A stretch of 29,524 nucleotides of DNA from a virus (IMGVR_UViG_3300012971_000066:1-29524); one strand, 5' to 3'. Shown: positions 7,808 through 16,020, counted from the first letter of the stretch. Notes: generated by a model from the sequence alone, not told the origin. Numbers and translations: made by a program.

Positions 7808-8332
7808 ATGGCCCGAACCAGTGAGCAGTACCGGCGTGAGTACCTGGCGCGTGCTGAGCGCGCCAGGGCGCGCGGGACCAGCTACTCGCAGGAGCGCGAA
7901 GAGCGCAAACGCAACGCCATGCTCAGGCTGCGGCCTGACTACGTCCGGCCCGAGGACTTCCCTCTGGTCTCTGACGAGGAACCGCATGGCACCCAAGGGC
8001 CGTTCGGCCCCACCCCGGATCCGGCGTGGGACTATTACTGGCCCACCCGCACCATAAATCCACCCAGGCCGAGAACACTGCAAGCGAGATATTCGCGACG
8101 GTTCAACCGCCTGGAAGTGGTCTTTGCCCGACCCACCCGAAGCAACCCTGGCGGTGCCTGGCATTACGAGAGCGTGCCGCCCCGTATCTGGAACCGGTTC
8201 AAGCGAGTTGAGTCCCCAGGTCGGTACATCAACGCTGTTCTCAACGGCTACCCGATGGGACCGGGGGGCTGGGGCAGCATCGTTGGGGAGGGCGGCAGTG
8301 GCGTGGGAGATTGGGAAGAAGAACCCAGCTAA
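7808..8332 (+). CDS. KTSC-domain protein
   Basis: ARYSRRFNRLEVVF...WHYESVPPRIWNRFKRVESPGRYINAVLNGY fits the KTSC pattern Y....LEVxF..G..YxY..VP...W..F....SxGxY.N. Confidence 0.75.
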   Translation: MARTSEQYRREYLARAERARARGTSYSQEREERKRNAMLRLRPDYVRPEDFPLVSDEEPHGTQGPFGPTPDPAWDYYWPTRTINPPRPRTLQARYSRRFNRLEVVFARPTRSNPGGAWHYESVPPRIWNRFKRVESPGRYINAVLNGYPMGPGGWGSIVGEGGSGVGDWEEEPS

Positions 8333-8516
8333 GGCTGGCAAGCAGCAGTGTGCAGGCAAGGCACTGCTGAAGCAGGCTGACGACGCCCTGGACGAGATCG
8401 ACAAGGCACTAGCGGAAAATGAGTGGCATGGAGATCCACCCAGACGCCTCGTACGACGACCCCGAAGAAAACCTGTGGGTACTACCCAGCCTCCCCCCTC
8501 CGACCTCAGTTCCTGA
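8298..8516 (+). CDS. Small protein with a Pup-like core helix, lacking the GGE/GGQ terminus
   Basis: GGGGAG RBS then GTG 8298. DDALDEIDKALAEN versus Pup DDLLDEIDDVLEEN (10/14 identical, Pup sequence from memory). Overlaps the next ORF by 98 nt. Confidence 0.5.
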   Translation: MAWEIGKKNPAKAGKQQCAGKALLKQADDALDEIDKALAENEWHGDPPRRLVRRPRRKPVGTTQPPPSDLSS

Positions 8517-8787
8517 CAACACCAAGTCCTGGTGGATTTTTTACGTCTGGAGCGGCCAGCCCAACCCGTGGCAGCGGCGGATGTCTGTGGCCATCACACG
8601 CGAAATCATGCCCCCTTGGCGACGTGGGATGGGTATTATGTCGAGGCGGTCGCACCGAGCCGTCGCCTTCGGAGTTTGGTTCCGCGGGAGGGAGCCTCGA
8701 ATTTTGACCACCGCGCCAGCGGAGAAAAGCTGGCATGACACCGTGTCAAGAGCCAAAAACCTGGAGAGTGGAATTGAGCACAACTGA
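8419..8787 (+). CDS. Hypothetical protein (122 aa)
   Basis: ORF in the plus-strand operon; Trp-rich core ITREIMPPWRRGMG. Confidence 0.6.
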   Translation: MSGMEIHPDASYDDPEENLWVLPSLPPPTSVPDNTKSWWIFYVWSGQPNPWQRRMSVAITREIMPPWRRGMGIMSRRSHRAVAFGVWFRGREPRILTTAPAEKSWHDTVSRAKNLESGIEHN

Positions 8788-9604
8788 GGAGAGAGCCTGG
8801 GAGCGCATCACCGGTCATGCCCCCAAGCTGGGCCGTGCCGGGATCATCCCCATCTATGACGACGGTACCTGGCGGCTGATACACAACAGCCACACAATCT
8901 GGCCGAACGTCGAGTTTGCTGCCGATCCGGCCAAGGTTGACAAGCTCCGACAGAACGTCAACAGCCTGCTGGAGAAGTACCCCGAGACCATCCCTCAGCT
9001 TGAGAAGCTGGGCATCCGGGTCAAGGCGCTCCTGAAGCGACCCATCGAGAACCCGACTGACGTGCAGAACTGGGCTGAGTTCATCTTCAACACCGGCCCG
9101 GTGACCGGCGACCCGGTGCATGTCGAGGATGCCAAGGCACTGGCCTACGACGACTACTGGATCCAGGTGAAGGGTGGCCGACACCCCATCTACGTGCTAC
9201 CGGTGGGACCGCGTGGGTCCAGCAGCGGCGGCACCGTGGACTTCTCCGTACCCGGCTCGAAGACCAAGTACGGGGCACGGCATGACTACAGCAAGATTGC
9301 CTTCTCCCAGCAGGCTCCAGAAAGCCTCAGGAGCGATCCAGAGCGATCTACAGCGTCTGGCACCAACGGGAAGGCTGACGGGCCTGCACGGCCCCGTGGC
9401 AGGCCCAGGAAGGACGGCCTGATTCCTGGCTCCCCCGAGGCCAAGGAAGCGGACCGGATCCGCAAGGAGGCAGCCGAGGAGGCCCGGCGCGCCAAGCTGG
9501 AGCAGAAGAGCAACGGCAAATCGGAGCCGGTGCCCGAGAACATCGTGCCGATGCCACCCCGGCGACGTCTGGTACGTGTCGGTGCCGTCGCCCAAGCGAC
9601 TTAA
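8768..9604 (+). CDS. AT-hook-containing putative DNA-binding protein
   Basis: Part of ORF 8735..9604 (start probably GTG 8768 or TTG 8774 after GGAGAG); RPRGRPRK at 9389-9412 inside a basic, disordered C-terminus. Confidence 0.7.
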   Translation: MELSTTEERAWERITGHAPKLGRAGIIPIYDDGTWRLIHNSHTIWPNVEFAADPAKVDKLRQNVNSLLEKYPETIPQLEKLGIRVKALLKRPIENPTDVQNWAEFIFNTGPVTGDPVHVEDAKALAYDDYWIQVKGGRHPIYVLPVGPRGSSSGGTVDFSVPGSKTKYGARHDYSKIAFSQQAPESLRSDPERSTASGTNGKADGPARPRGRPRKDGLIPGSPEAKEADRIRKEAAEEARRAKLEQKSNGKSEPVPENIVPMPPRRRLVRVGAVAQAT

Positions 9605-9851
9605 GACCTGGCGGGAGGCCCGACGAGCGACCGGCTTCTGGCAGAAGGCCAGAGACCGGTCAGCTACCATGAGCGAAGCGGCCATCATCAGTGAGATGGA
9701 TCTGTCCGTGATGATGATGGGGCAGGCCATTACCCGGTACCGGAGTGGAGGTACCTCCGGTAACCGGGATGGCCAACTCGATCAACTCTTCGAGCTTCGG
9801 ATGCAACTCGAAGCGTGCCTGGGCATGATGGAAAATATCCTGCCGGACTAG
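9576..9851 (+). CDS. Hypothetical helical protein (91 aa)
   Basis: Last ORF of the plus-strand unit; overlaps the previous stop. Confidence 0.65.
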   Translation: MSVPSPKRLKTWREARRATGFWQKARDRSATMSEAAIISEMDLSVMMMGQAITRYRSGGTSGNRDGQLDQLFELRMQLEACLGMMENILPD

Positions 9852-9874
9852 CCGGTACTACCCAGCTTCACCCT

Positions 9875-9901
9875 CTGACCCTCACATTTTTTTGAGGTCA
9901 G
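9875..9901. terminator. Possible hairpin between convergent genes
   Basis: CTGACC(C)TCA-catttttt-TGAGGTCAG imperfect inverted repeat; the T-run is in the loop, which is atypical for an intrinsic terminator. Confidence 0.3.
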
Positions 9902-10110
9902 TGTCCGACGTGAAAATCACCGCATGTGTGGCAGCGGTAGGCCCAGTAACTGGTGTGTTCACCGTGGTGTCTCTTCACGAAAGCCACGGCGGCTTCCTTG
10001 GTCTTGTATGCCTTTTTAGCCCGTCCATGTTGGTTGAAATGACTGGGCATCATCCGTTCACCCGAGAGGTCAGGAATGCGGCGGGAAAGACGGCGATGGG
10101 CGCGCTTCAT
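9898..10110 (-). CDS. Small phage zinc-binding protein
   Basis: KKAYKTKEAA...AYRCHTCGDFHVGH, the common phage KxxY..A / YxCxxCxxxH pattern. Confidence 0.72.
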   Translation of the reverse strand: MKRAHRRLSRRIPDLSGERMMPSHFNQHGRAKKAYKTKEAAVAFVKRHHGEHTSYWAYRCHTCGDFHVGH

Positions 10111-10436
10111 CTCTTCCTCGTCAGCTTGCGCGGCTTACCGATGGTGGGCCTGGGTCCGGGCGGCTCGTTGACCGTCCAGTACGTCTTACGGAAGGCGACC
10201 ACGGCCCGGAGCAGGGCATCGTAGGCCGAGATGGTGTTGCGGGCCGGGAAGCGATGGCGTCCCTCCTTCTCCAGCAACTCCCACAGGGAGCGGAAGGCAC
10301 CGGAGTCAAGCTCGACGGTGTACACCGGCTGCGTGGCCTTGGAGATCTTGTCCCCCGTGTAGTTGGCCACGAACGGCGGGCCGAGATCCTTCGGGAACTC
10401 GTCCTCGTAAGTGTGAACCTCTCCCGAGATCTGCAT
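10107..10436 (-). CDS. Hypothetical protein (109 aa)
   Basis: TGATG and ATGA coupling with both neighbours. Confidence 0.7.
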   Translation of the reverse strand: MQISGEVHTYEDEFPKDLGPPFVANYTGDKISKATQPVYTVELDSGAFRSLWELLEKEGRHRFPARNTISAYDALLRAVVAFRKTYWTVNEPPGPRPTIGKPRKLTRKR

Positions 10437-10675
10437 CAGTCTTCCTTCCAGCCGAAGTACACCCGCGGGTTGTGGGTGAACTCTAGAGAGCCGAGCACAC
10501 CATCGGCCCGACGTCGGACGACGACGAAGGGGGCAGCGAAGCCCAGCACCTCGAAGTCACGGCGCAGCGCGTCGGTGTCCCAGGTGGGATCGTCGTTGCC
10601 CACAGTCTCAAGGAGGTCGGTAAGTGGTTGGTTGTCCGCAATCATCTGCTTGCGGATGTCGTCGGTGTTAGCCAT
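10436..10675 (-). CDS. Conserved-looking hypothetical protein (79 aa)
   Basis: WDTDALRRDFEVLGFAAPFVVVRRRADGVLGSLEFTHNPRVYFGW; leaderless extended -10 upstream. Confidence 0.78.
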   Translation of the reverse strand: MANTDDIRKQMIADNQPLTDLLETVGNDDPTWDTDALRRDFEVLGFAAPFVVVRRRADGVLGSLEFTHNPRVYFGWKED

Positions 10676-10800
10676 GAAGACATCCTAGCACACCCCCAAG
10701 TCAGAGTGAGCGCACCCTTGTGTGACATCGGGCACACATTTTGCTGCTCCTCCCGACTTGCGGAGTCCTTGAGGCGTGCTAGGATGTTGTCATGGCTAAC
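10667..10800. promoter_or_regulatory. Divergent extended -10 leaderless promoters forming an inverted repeat
   Basis: Both strands read GTGCTAGGATGTnnTCATGGCTAAC into ATG 10675 (-) and ATG 10792 (+); TTGCGG at 10758-10763 is a possible -35 for the rightward promoter. Confidence 0.7.
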
Positions 10801-11820
10801 CCATTCAAGGCTACCCCCGAAGAGATAACAGCAGACTTACCCATTAACAGGAGCTACCGCAAGAAACTCGCCAGTGTCAGCGCCGCCAGTGAACGTGACG
10901 GGAAGGGGCGCTACTACATCCTCGACTCCGAGGATGTAGGTCATGACTTCCTACCGTTCCGGTTCATCGACACCGGCACCTTGCTGTGCGGGCGCAAGAT
11001 AGAGACCGGTGACATGCCAGCCCTGCCCGCCGATCCTGACAACGTCGAACCCGGACTGTGCCCGGAGTGCGTGGCCAACAGCGAGTTCTGGGACAACATG
11101 CCACCCGACGAGAAGGCCATCGACCAGCTTGTCAGTGCCATCGAGTCCACCGTAGAAGCCAAGCGTCAAGACCTTGCGTATTGCCAGCGAGCCGTCCGCT
11201 TGATAGAGGAGTTGGATGACTCTGAAGACTCCGAAGTTGACGAGGATAAAACTACCGAGATCTTCAAAGCCATTGCTTTGGCCTACGCCGCTACCGATGA
11301 CTATGACGATGCCAGTACCGAGTTCCAAAGGTTGTCGAAGCGAGCCGTCAAAAAGTTCTCCCGATGGGGCTACGACGCGTTACCCGAGCGAGTATCGACG
11401 GCACTGGATGCACGGGTGGGTGACGTCATCGCCCTGGAGGACGAAGCTGAGCCATATAACGAACGCATCAGCGAGTTCCTGAAACCGTGGCGAGACGGTC
11501 TGAGGGATGATGAGCCGGAACATACGCACCCCGTCCCCCAACCAAGTATCAGTCGAGAGGAACGCCTGGCCCGCAGGAAGGCCGAGCGTGAGGAACACCA
11601 ACGTCGGGTCGATGAAGCTGCCGAGCGGCCCATCGCCCACAAGCCTCGCCGCCGTAACCGTGAGCTTGAGGCAGCCATCGCCAAGGCACAGTCTGCCACC
11701 GGAGAAGAGCGAGTCACAGCCCTCCGTAGCCTGCGACAGATTGCCCTGAACAGTGGCGATGATGAATGGGCATCGTATGCCAAGACGGAACTCAGAGGTA
11801 CCAGGGATTGTTCACCCTGA
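10792..11820 (+). CDS. Hypothetical protein (342 aa) with N-terminal H/C/CxxC cluster and helical, charged C-terminus
   Basis: Long ORF; GH...TLLCG...LCPECV; promoter directly upstream. Confidence 0.78.
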   Translation: MANPFKATPEEITADLPINRSYRKKLASVSAASERDGKGRYYILDSEDVGHDFLPFRFIDTGTLLCGRKIETGDMPALPADPDNVEPGLCPECVANSEFWDNMPPDEKAIDQLVSAIESTVEAKRQDLAYCQRAVRLIEELDDSEDSEVDEDKTTEIFKAIALAYAATDDYDDASTEFQRLSKRAVKKFSRWGYDALPERVSTALDARVGDVIALEDEAEPYNERISEFLKPWRDGLRDDEPEHTHPVPQPSISREERLARRKAEREEHQRRVDEAAERPIAHKPRRRNRELEAAIAKAQSATGEERVTALRSLRQIALNSGDDEWASYAKTELRGTRDCSP

Positions 11821-11821
11821 C

Positions 11822-11857
11822 TTGCCACAAGTCTGAGATCTCTGGTACCATGAAGCT
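11822..11857 (+). promoter_or_regulatory. SigA-like leaderless promoter
   Basis: TTGCCA(11822-11827)-18 nt-TACCAT(11846-11851, preceded by TGG)-gaagct-ATG(11858). Confidence 0.65.
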
Positions 11858-12337
11858 ATGAGCTACCAACCCGCCGTACCATCACCGAACGATCCCCCCG
11901 ACAACCCCTACCATCACTGCCTGATGGCGTCCCGCAACTTCTGGGCCGGGTACTCCGACCTCAATGCTTCGGAGCCTCCTCCCCCCTCCATCCGCATGGT
12001 GAAGGGCAAGCCGAAGCTGGGTCGCTACCTCGACTTCTACGGATGCCAAGCCCTGATGGAGCGTGAGCAGCGAGCCTGGACAAGGTGGTACACAGGATTC
12101 TTCGTGTCCATCGGTCTCGGTGCCCTGTTCAGCGCCATTGACTTCGTGTTCGTCTTCATCGCCCTGCCCATCTTCATCGTCTGGTACCTGGCCGTGAAGC
12201 TGCGGTATTACCTGCCCTACAGCCACTACTGGAAGATCCAGCAGGAGATCAACCGCACCGGCAAGCCAGTGTGGGAGCCGTACAGCAGGCACCGCCGCAA
12301 CGTGATCGACCACAACCCCATGGCCGTCTGGCCCTAA
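11858..12337 (+). CDS. Membrane protein with two adjacent transmembrane helices
   Basis: Hydrophobic stretch WYTGFFVSIGLGALFSAIDFVFVFIALPIFIVWYLAV. Confidence 0.8.
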   Translation: MSYQPAVPSPNDPPDNPYHHCLMASRNFWAGYSDLNASEPPPPSIRMVKGKPKLGRYLDFYGCQALMEREQRAWTRWYTGFFVSIGLGALFSAIDFVFVFIALPIFIVWYLAVKLRYYLPYSHYWKIQQEINRTGKPVWEPYSRHRRNVIDHNPMAVWP

Positions 12338-12351
12338 CTAGAAAGAGACAC

Positions 12352-12588
12352 ATGGCAACACGCAGCCTGCCACAGGCACCCGCCAACACCCTGAAGTCCA
12401 AGGTCATCAGCCGAGTCAGGCTTGGTGATAACCGAGAGGTCAGGATCACCAGGATCCAGACCGGCCTGTCCGAGGATCTCGTTCGCGTCGGTATCAACCT
12501 GCTACCTGGCGGGGAGAACCTGTCCGGCGCTGTCTTCCCTGTCAGCTACACCGACGACGTCGTCGCCGCACTCCAGAAAGTCCTTTGA
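12352..12588 (+). CDS. Small protein, possibly PC4-like ssDNA-binding fold
   Basis: ATG 12352 after GAAAGAG; beta-strand pattern EVRITRI...LVRVGI...GAVFP followed by a C-terminal helix. The fold call is tentative. Confidence 0.55.
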   Translation: MATRSLPQAPANTLKSKVISRVRLGDNREVRITRIQTGLSEDLVRVGINLLPGGENLSGAVFPVSYTDDVVAALQKVL

Positions 12589-12905
12589 TGCCTTGTAACC
12601 GAACCCCCGACGACGCTTGGGTCTGCTCCGATCCCAGAAGGGCTGCCGTCCAGGTACCCGAGAACTGGTTCCAGATCCATGACAACCTAGTCCTGGTGGC
12701 CTACTGGATGGCCGAGCATGGCTACGACGCCAGCGAACTGGCCCGCTTCGTAGAGAAGCCGTACAGCTACGAGGACGAGTATCGCTTCGCTTACGTGGCG
12801 CGAGAGGATGAGACCGAAGACTCCGAAAACTGGCGTCCCGAAGTCCAGGCGGAACTACGAGCCGACTGGGCCGGGGCACCTCGAACCCACAACTACATCC
12901 GATGA
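12588..12905 (+). CDS. Hypothetical phage protein
   Basis: TGATG coupling; LVAYWMAEHG...ARFVEKPYSYEDEY. Confidence 0.7.
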   Translation: MPCNRTPDDAWVCSDPRRAAVQVPENWFQIHDNLVLVAYWMAEHGYDASELARFVEKPYSYEDEYRFAYVAREDETEDSENWRPEVQAELRADWAGAPRTHNYIR

Positions 12906-13234
12906 CCACACAAGACGAAGAACTCACCGAGATGCGCTGCCGCTCCTGTGGCATGTTCATGGGCTGGCGTCGGCGCAGTGGCCGGTTCATCTTCTGGTGC
13001 TCCGAGGAGTGTGCCGACACCACCATGCCCAAGTTCGAGGACACCCAGATACGGGACGAGGTCGCTGTCGAGCTAGCCCTGGAGGGCGTCGGCATCATGG
13101 CTATCGCCAACATCAACGTACCTGGGCTGGACGGCATCCAGTACCAGCAGTTGCAGCAGAACCTGAACCGCAGAAATATTACGGCGACCAGCCTGTCCCA
13201 GATCAGGATGGACAGGCTGGTAGAAGCGTCCTGA
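12902..13234 (+). CDS. Zinc-finger protein with possible C-terminal helix-turn-helix
   Basis: CRSCG-x13-CSEEC; then RDEVAVELALEGVGIMAIA. Confidence 0.68.
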   Translation: MTTQDEELTEMRCRSCGMFMGWRRRSGRFIFWCSEECADTTMPKFEDTQIRDEVAVELALEGVGIMAIANINVPGLDGIQYQQLQQNLNRRNITATSLSQIRMDRLVEAS

Positions 13235-13264
13235 CACTCCTGACACACATGAATGTGCTCACGT

Positions 13265-13273
13265 TGGTATAGT
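13265..13273 (+). promoter_or_regulatory. Extended -10 element with no downstream ORF
   Basis: TGG-TATAGT, about 50 nt upstream of a terminator. Confidence 0.5.
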
Positions 13274-13278
13274 GAAGT

Positions 13279-13347
13279 CCTCCTACGGTTGGTACCCGTG
13301 GGTAGGTAGCCATTGCGAGAGGGCCGCTCCTACGGGAGCGGCCTTTT
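13279..13347 (+). ncRNA. Candidate small RNA (~70 nt)
   Basis: Lies between the extended -10 and the intrinsic terminator; no ORF; begins with anti-SD-like CCTCCT. Confidence 0.35.
13322..13347 (+). terminator. Intrinsic terminator
   Basis: GGCCGCTCC-TACG-GGAGCGGCC-TTTT: 9-bp GC stem, cUACGg tetraloop, U tail. Confidence 0.85.
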
Positions 13348-13397
13348 CCACATCCTGGGGATTACTATGGGGATAACCAAGATCACCCCATGATTTT

Positions 13398-13700
13398 TCA
13401 GATGTTGCCGTAGCCACCAATATCTACGTGCTCATAGGGTGCCCCCGGCATGCCTGGGCTGCCACTCTGAGCGCCACCGCCACCACCTTCGAGGTGCTGG
13501 GCGATGTCATGGGCCACCGTGTACTGCCCCACCTTGCCTGCGATCTTGCCCACCCAGGAGTCGTTCCAGTTCCTGGTACCGGTGCGGGCCGCGGCCCCCT
13601 CAGCAGCCGTCGCTCCCTCAGCCGCCGTGGCTCCCTCTGTGACTGCGGTGGCACCCTCCAGTGCTTCCGCGCCCTCGACCAGTGGTGCGATGAATGCCAT
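13398..13700 (-). CDS. Ala/Gly-rich small protein with EGATAA repeats
   Basis: TACGCT-cctgct-ATG(13700); EGAEAL-EGATAV-TEGATAA-EGATAA-EGAAA. Confidence 0.65.
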   Translation of the reverse strand: MAFIAPLVEGAEALEGATAVTEGATAAEGATAAEGAAARTGTRNWNDSWVGKIAGKVGQYTVAHDIAQHLEGGGGGAQSGSPGMPGAPYEHVDIGGYGNI

Positions 13701-13758
13701 AGCAGGAGCGTAGCTGGGTGGTCAAGCCACGCCCGAGCCAGTCGATAAGACTGTGGGC

Positions 13759-14367
13759 ATGCCCACAGCCAAGAAGGCAGCCACCGAGGCAGAAGAAGTA
13801 GCGGTGGAAGAGGAGCAGAGCGACGAGGTCGGCGTAGATCTGACCACAGGCGATCTCCCTCCCACTCCCGAGCCTCCGGTCAACGCCATCCATCCCTATC
13901 AGCTACCGGCCAACACCGTCGCGGCCCAGGCCATGGTCGATGCCGGTCAGGTGGCCGTGCTACCCCTCGCTGACCCGTATCCCGATGCGCTAGTACCTCT
14001 GGCGCAGGAGGCCATCATCGACTACGGGAGTCCCGACACCGACCCTCGCATGGAGGGCTATACCCCTCCGAACGGAGGCGGTGGAGGCAATGGTGGGGGC
14101 GGCGACAACACCCTCACTATTACGTCGGTCACCCCCGACACTGCGCCAGCCAACACGGTCACCACGGTCACCATCAACGGACGCAACCTGGATCAGACTC
14201 ACGGCAATCCGACCATCGGAAAGTCCTGCCATAACACCCAGATCAACAGCCCACTGGAGTTGAAGACCGACACACCGGGGAACCAGGCAGCAGGCACCTT
14301 CCCGGTCGTCATCACCCTGGCCGATGGCACCACCGAAATCACCGGACCCGACTTCACGTACACCTGA
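13759..14367 (+). CDS. IPT/TIG (Ig-like) domain protein
   Basis: C-terminal LTITSVTPDTAPANTVTTVTINGRNL...PVVIT...FTYT after an acidic/Pro-rich region and a Gly linker. Start is ATG 13759 or GTG 13753. Confidence 0.75.
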   Translation: MPTAKKAATEAEEVAVEEEQSDEVGVDLTTGDLPPTPEPPVNAIHPYQLPANTVAAQAMVDAGQVAVLPLADPYPDALVPLAQEAIIDYGSPDTDPRMEGYTPPNGGGGGNGGGGDNTLTITSVTPDTAPANTVTTVTINGRNLDQTHGNPTIGKSCHNTQINSPLELKTDTPGNQAAGTFPVVITLADGTTEITGPDFTYT

Positions 14368-14377
14368 GGAGTGAGCC

Positions 14378-14980
14378 TTGCCGTATAACCCGCTCGCCAA
14401 TCCCTACATCATCAACCCCAAGGAACTCCCGTCCAACCAGGCTGCGGCGGCTCAGGTCCCGGCTTGGAATGTGGGTACGGCCAACCAGTGGTGCCAGTCT
14501 CCCTTCTTCACGCCGAACTGGTCCGACGAGAGCCAGCCGGTGGGCAGCGTCGCGGCCCAGTCCAAGAGTCCAAGCTCCGTGCCCTCAGTAGCGGACCCAG
14601 ACGCTGTCGTCGCCGCCCGTGACATAAATGCCAACACCAATCTGGCCGCAGAAAAAACCCGGCAGACCGGACTCCAGACTGCCGCCACCAATGCCATCAC
14701 CGCTATCAACAACCTGACTGGCGGGGCACCGGGCGTCTTCTCGATCACCCCGACCACCTCAGTGCATAACAGCCCCACCGCTGTGACCATCATGGGTTCC
14801 GGCTTCACTGGAGCCACCGGGGTCACTATCGGCGCGGCCTGCACCGCTGTGGTAGTGGTGAACGATGGCGAGATCACCTGTAACACGCCAGCCAGCGGCA
14901 CATCAGCCGGGGCGACGAACGTAGCCGTCACCACGCCCGCAGGTACGGGTACTGGCGTCGGCCTCATGACCTACACCTGA
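14378..14980 (+). CDS. IPT/TIG (Ig-like) domain protein
   Basis: GAGGAG RBS, TTG start; PGVFSITPTT...VTIMGSGFTGATGVTIG...VVNDGEITCNTPA...VAVTTPAG...MTYT. Confidence 0.82.
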   Translation: MPYNPLANPYIINPKELPSNQAAAAQVPAWNVGTANQWCQSPFFTPNWSDESQPVGSVAAQSKSPSSVPSVADPDAVVAARDINANTNLAAEKTRQTGLQTAATNAITAINNLTGGAPGVFSITPTTSVHNSPTAVTIMGSGFTGATGVTIGAACTAVVVVNDGEITCNTPASGTSAGATNVAVTTPAGTGTGVGLMTYT

Positions 14981-15192
14981 TGGCTTGCCGGACCGGTGTC
15001 ATCACCTCCCAGGACATCCCGCACAATCCGCGCGGCAAGATCTTCCTGGTGGAGGGGACGGTGGCACCGGTCTGCTTCTTCGACCGCTGGGGATCCTGGC
15101 ACTGCGGCCACGATCACCAGGACGAGACCTACGTGCCCCTACAGGACGCTTACCGGTACTTCGAGGGCTGGACTGCCCAAGACGCTATCTAG
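14980..15192 (+). CDS. Hypothetical protein (70 aa)
   Basis: TGATG coupling; WHCGHDH motif. Confidence 0.6.
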   Translation: MACRTGVITSQDIPHNPRGKIFLVEGTVAPVCFFDRWGSWHCGHDHQDETYVPLQDAYRYFEGWTAQDAI

Positions 15193-15208
15193 AGCGATAC
15201 AGGGCAAT

Positions 15209-15514
15209 CTAGGGGCCGGTGTCCCCGTAGCCCTCCTCGACACTGCGGCGTAGCTCTTCGTGCTCCAGCTTGACTGCCATCTGGCGCGCCAGCGTGGTCT
15301 GGAGAGCGACCACCGCCTCAGCCTGCTTCATGGCCTCGAAGTCAGCCAGGATATTGGAGAGAGCCGGGAAGATGTCCTTGGCCGTGGCGGCGCGCTGCGG
15401 ATGGAACAACTCCTGCGGGTTGATGACCACCCGACTGCCACCGTCGAGGTCGATCACCACCAGGAACAGGGTCTGCACCTCTTGGGCCGGGTGCTGGCCG
15501 TTGTCCTCGCTCAC
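15209..15514 (-). CDS. Hypothetical protein (101 aa)
   Basis: GTGA coupling; TLFLVVIDLDGG then a long helix. Confidence 0.7.
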   Translation of the reverse strand: MSEDNGQHPAQEVQTLFLVVIDLDGGSRVVINPQELFHPQRAATAKDIFPALSNILADFEAMKQAEAVVALQTTLARQMAVKLEHEELRRSVEEGYGDTGP

Positions 15515-16020
15515 ACTGGCCCCTTGTACAGGCCAGCCTTGGCGTTCTTGGCGAACTCCACCGCCGAGTTCACCGGGCAGAAGTCACAGAGGTATACGTT
15601 GCGGCCCTTCCAGTCATGGGGAGTAACCCGGCGACTGTCGTCCTGATAATCGATACAGTCGGCACCCTTGGGTCTGCGGTGCAGGTTGAAGCATCGCATG
15701 GCATCGTGGGAGAAGGTGTCCCGAGTCGCATAGAACTCCGGGTGAAAGCCAGTCCATCTCTCCTGTAACCCGCCCAGGATCTCGTCGCGGTGAGCCTCCC
15801 ACATGGTGGGTCCGCTGCTCTTGCACTGAGGGCAGTTGCACTTGTCCTCGCTGACCGTCAGCAGCGCCGCCGCTTCGTTGTTGACGTCACCGTGCAGCAT
15901 GACGTGGGTGCGGACCACCCGGTCAAGGACAGGGTCTTTGGCTTCCAGTTCTTTCGGGCCGTCATAGAGCGGGAGCGTCTCGATGGTCTTGCACTCCCGG
16001 CACACCAGCAAGCGTGGCAC
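15511..16020 (-). CDS. Cys-rich putative multi-zinc-binding protein
   Basis: CRECK, H-x3-H, CNCPQC, C-x3-H...C, LCDFCP motifs. Confidence 0.75.
   Translation of the reverse strand: MPRLLVCRECKTIETLPLYDGPKELEAKDPVLDRVVRTHVMLHGDVNNEAAALLTVSEDKCNCPQCKSSGPTMWEAHRDEILGGLQERWTGFHPEFYATRDTFSHDAMRCFNLHRRPKGADCIDYQDDSRRVTPHDWKGRNVYLCDFCPVNSAVEFAKNAKAGLYKGPV

Noticed and set aside
13235-13397. tRNA in the largest intergenic gap
   Set aside because: No T-loop GTTCGA motif or cloverleaf could be built; only a terminator and short hairpins are present.
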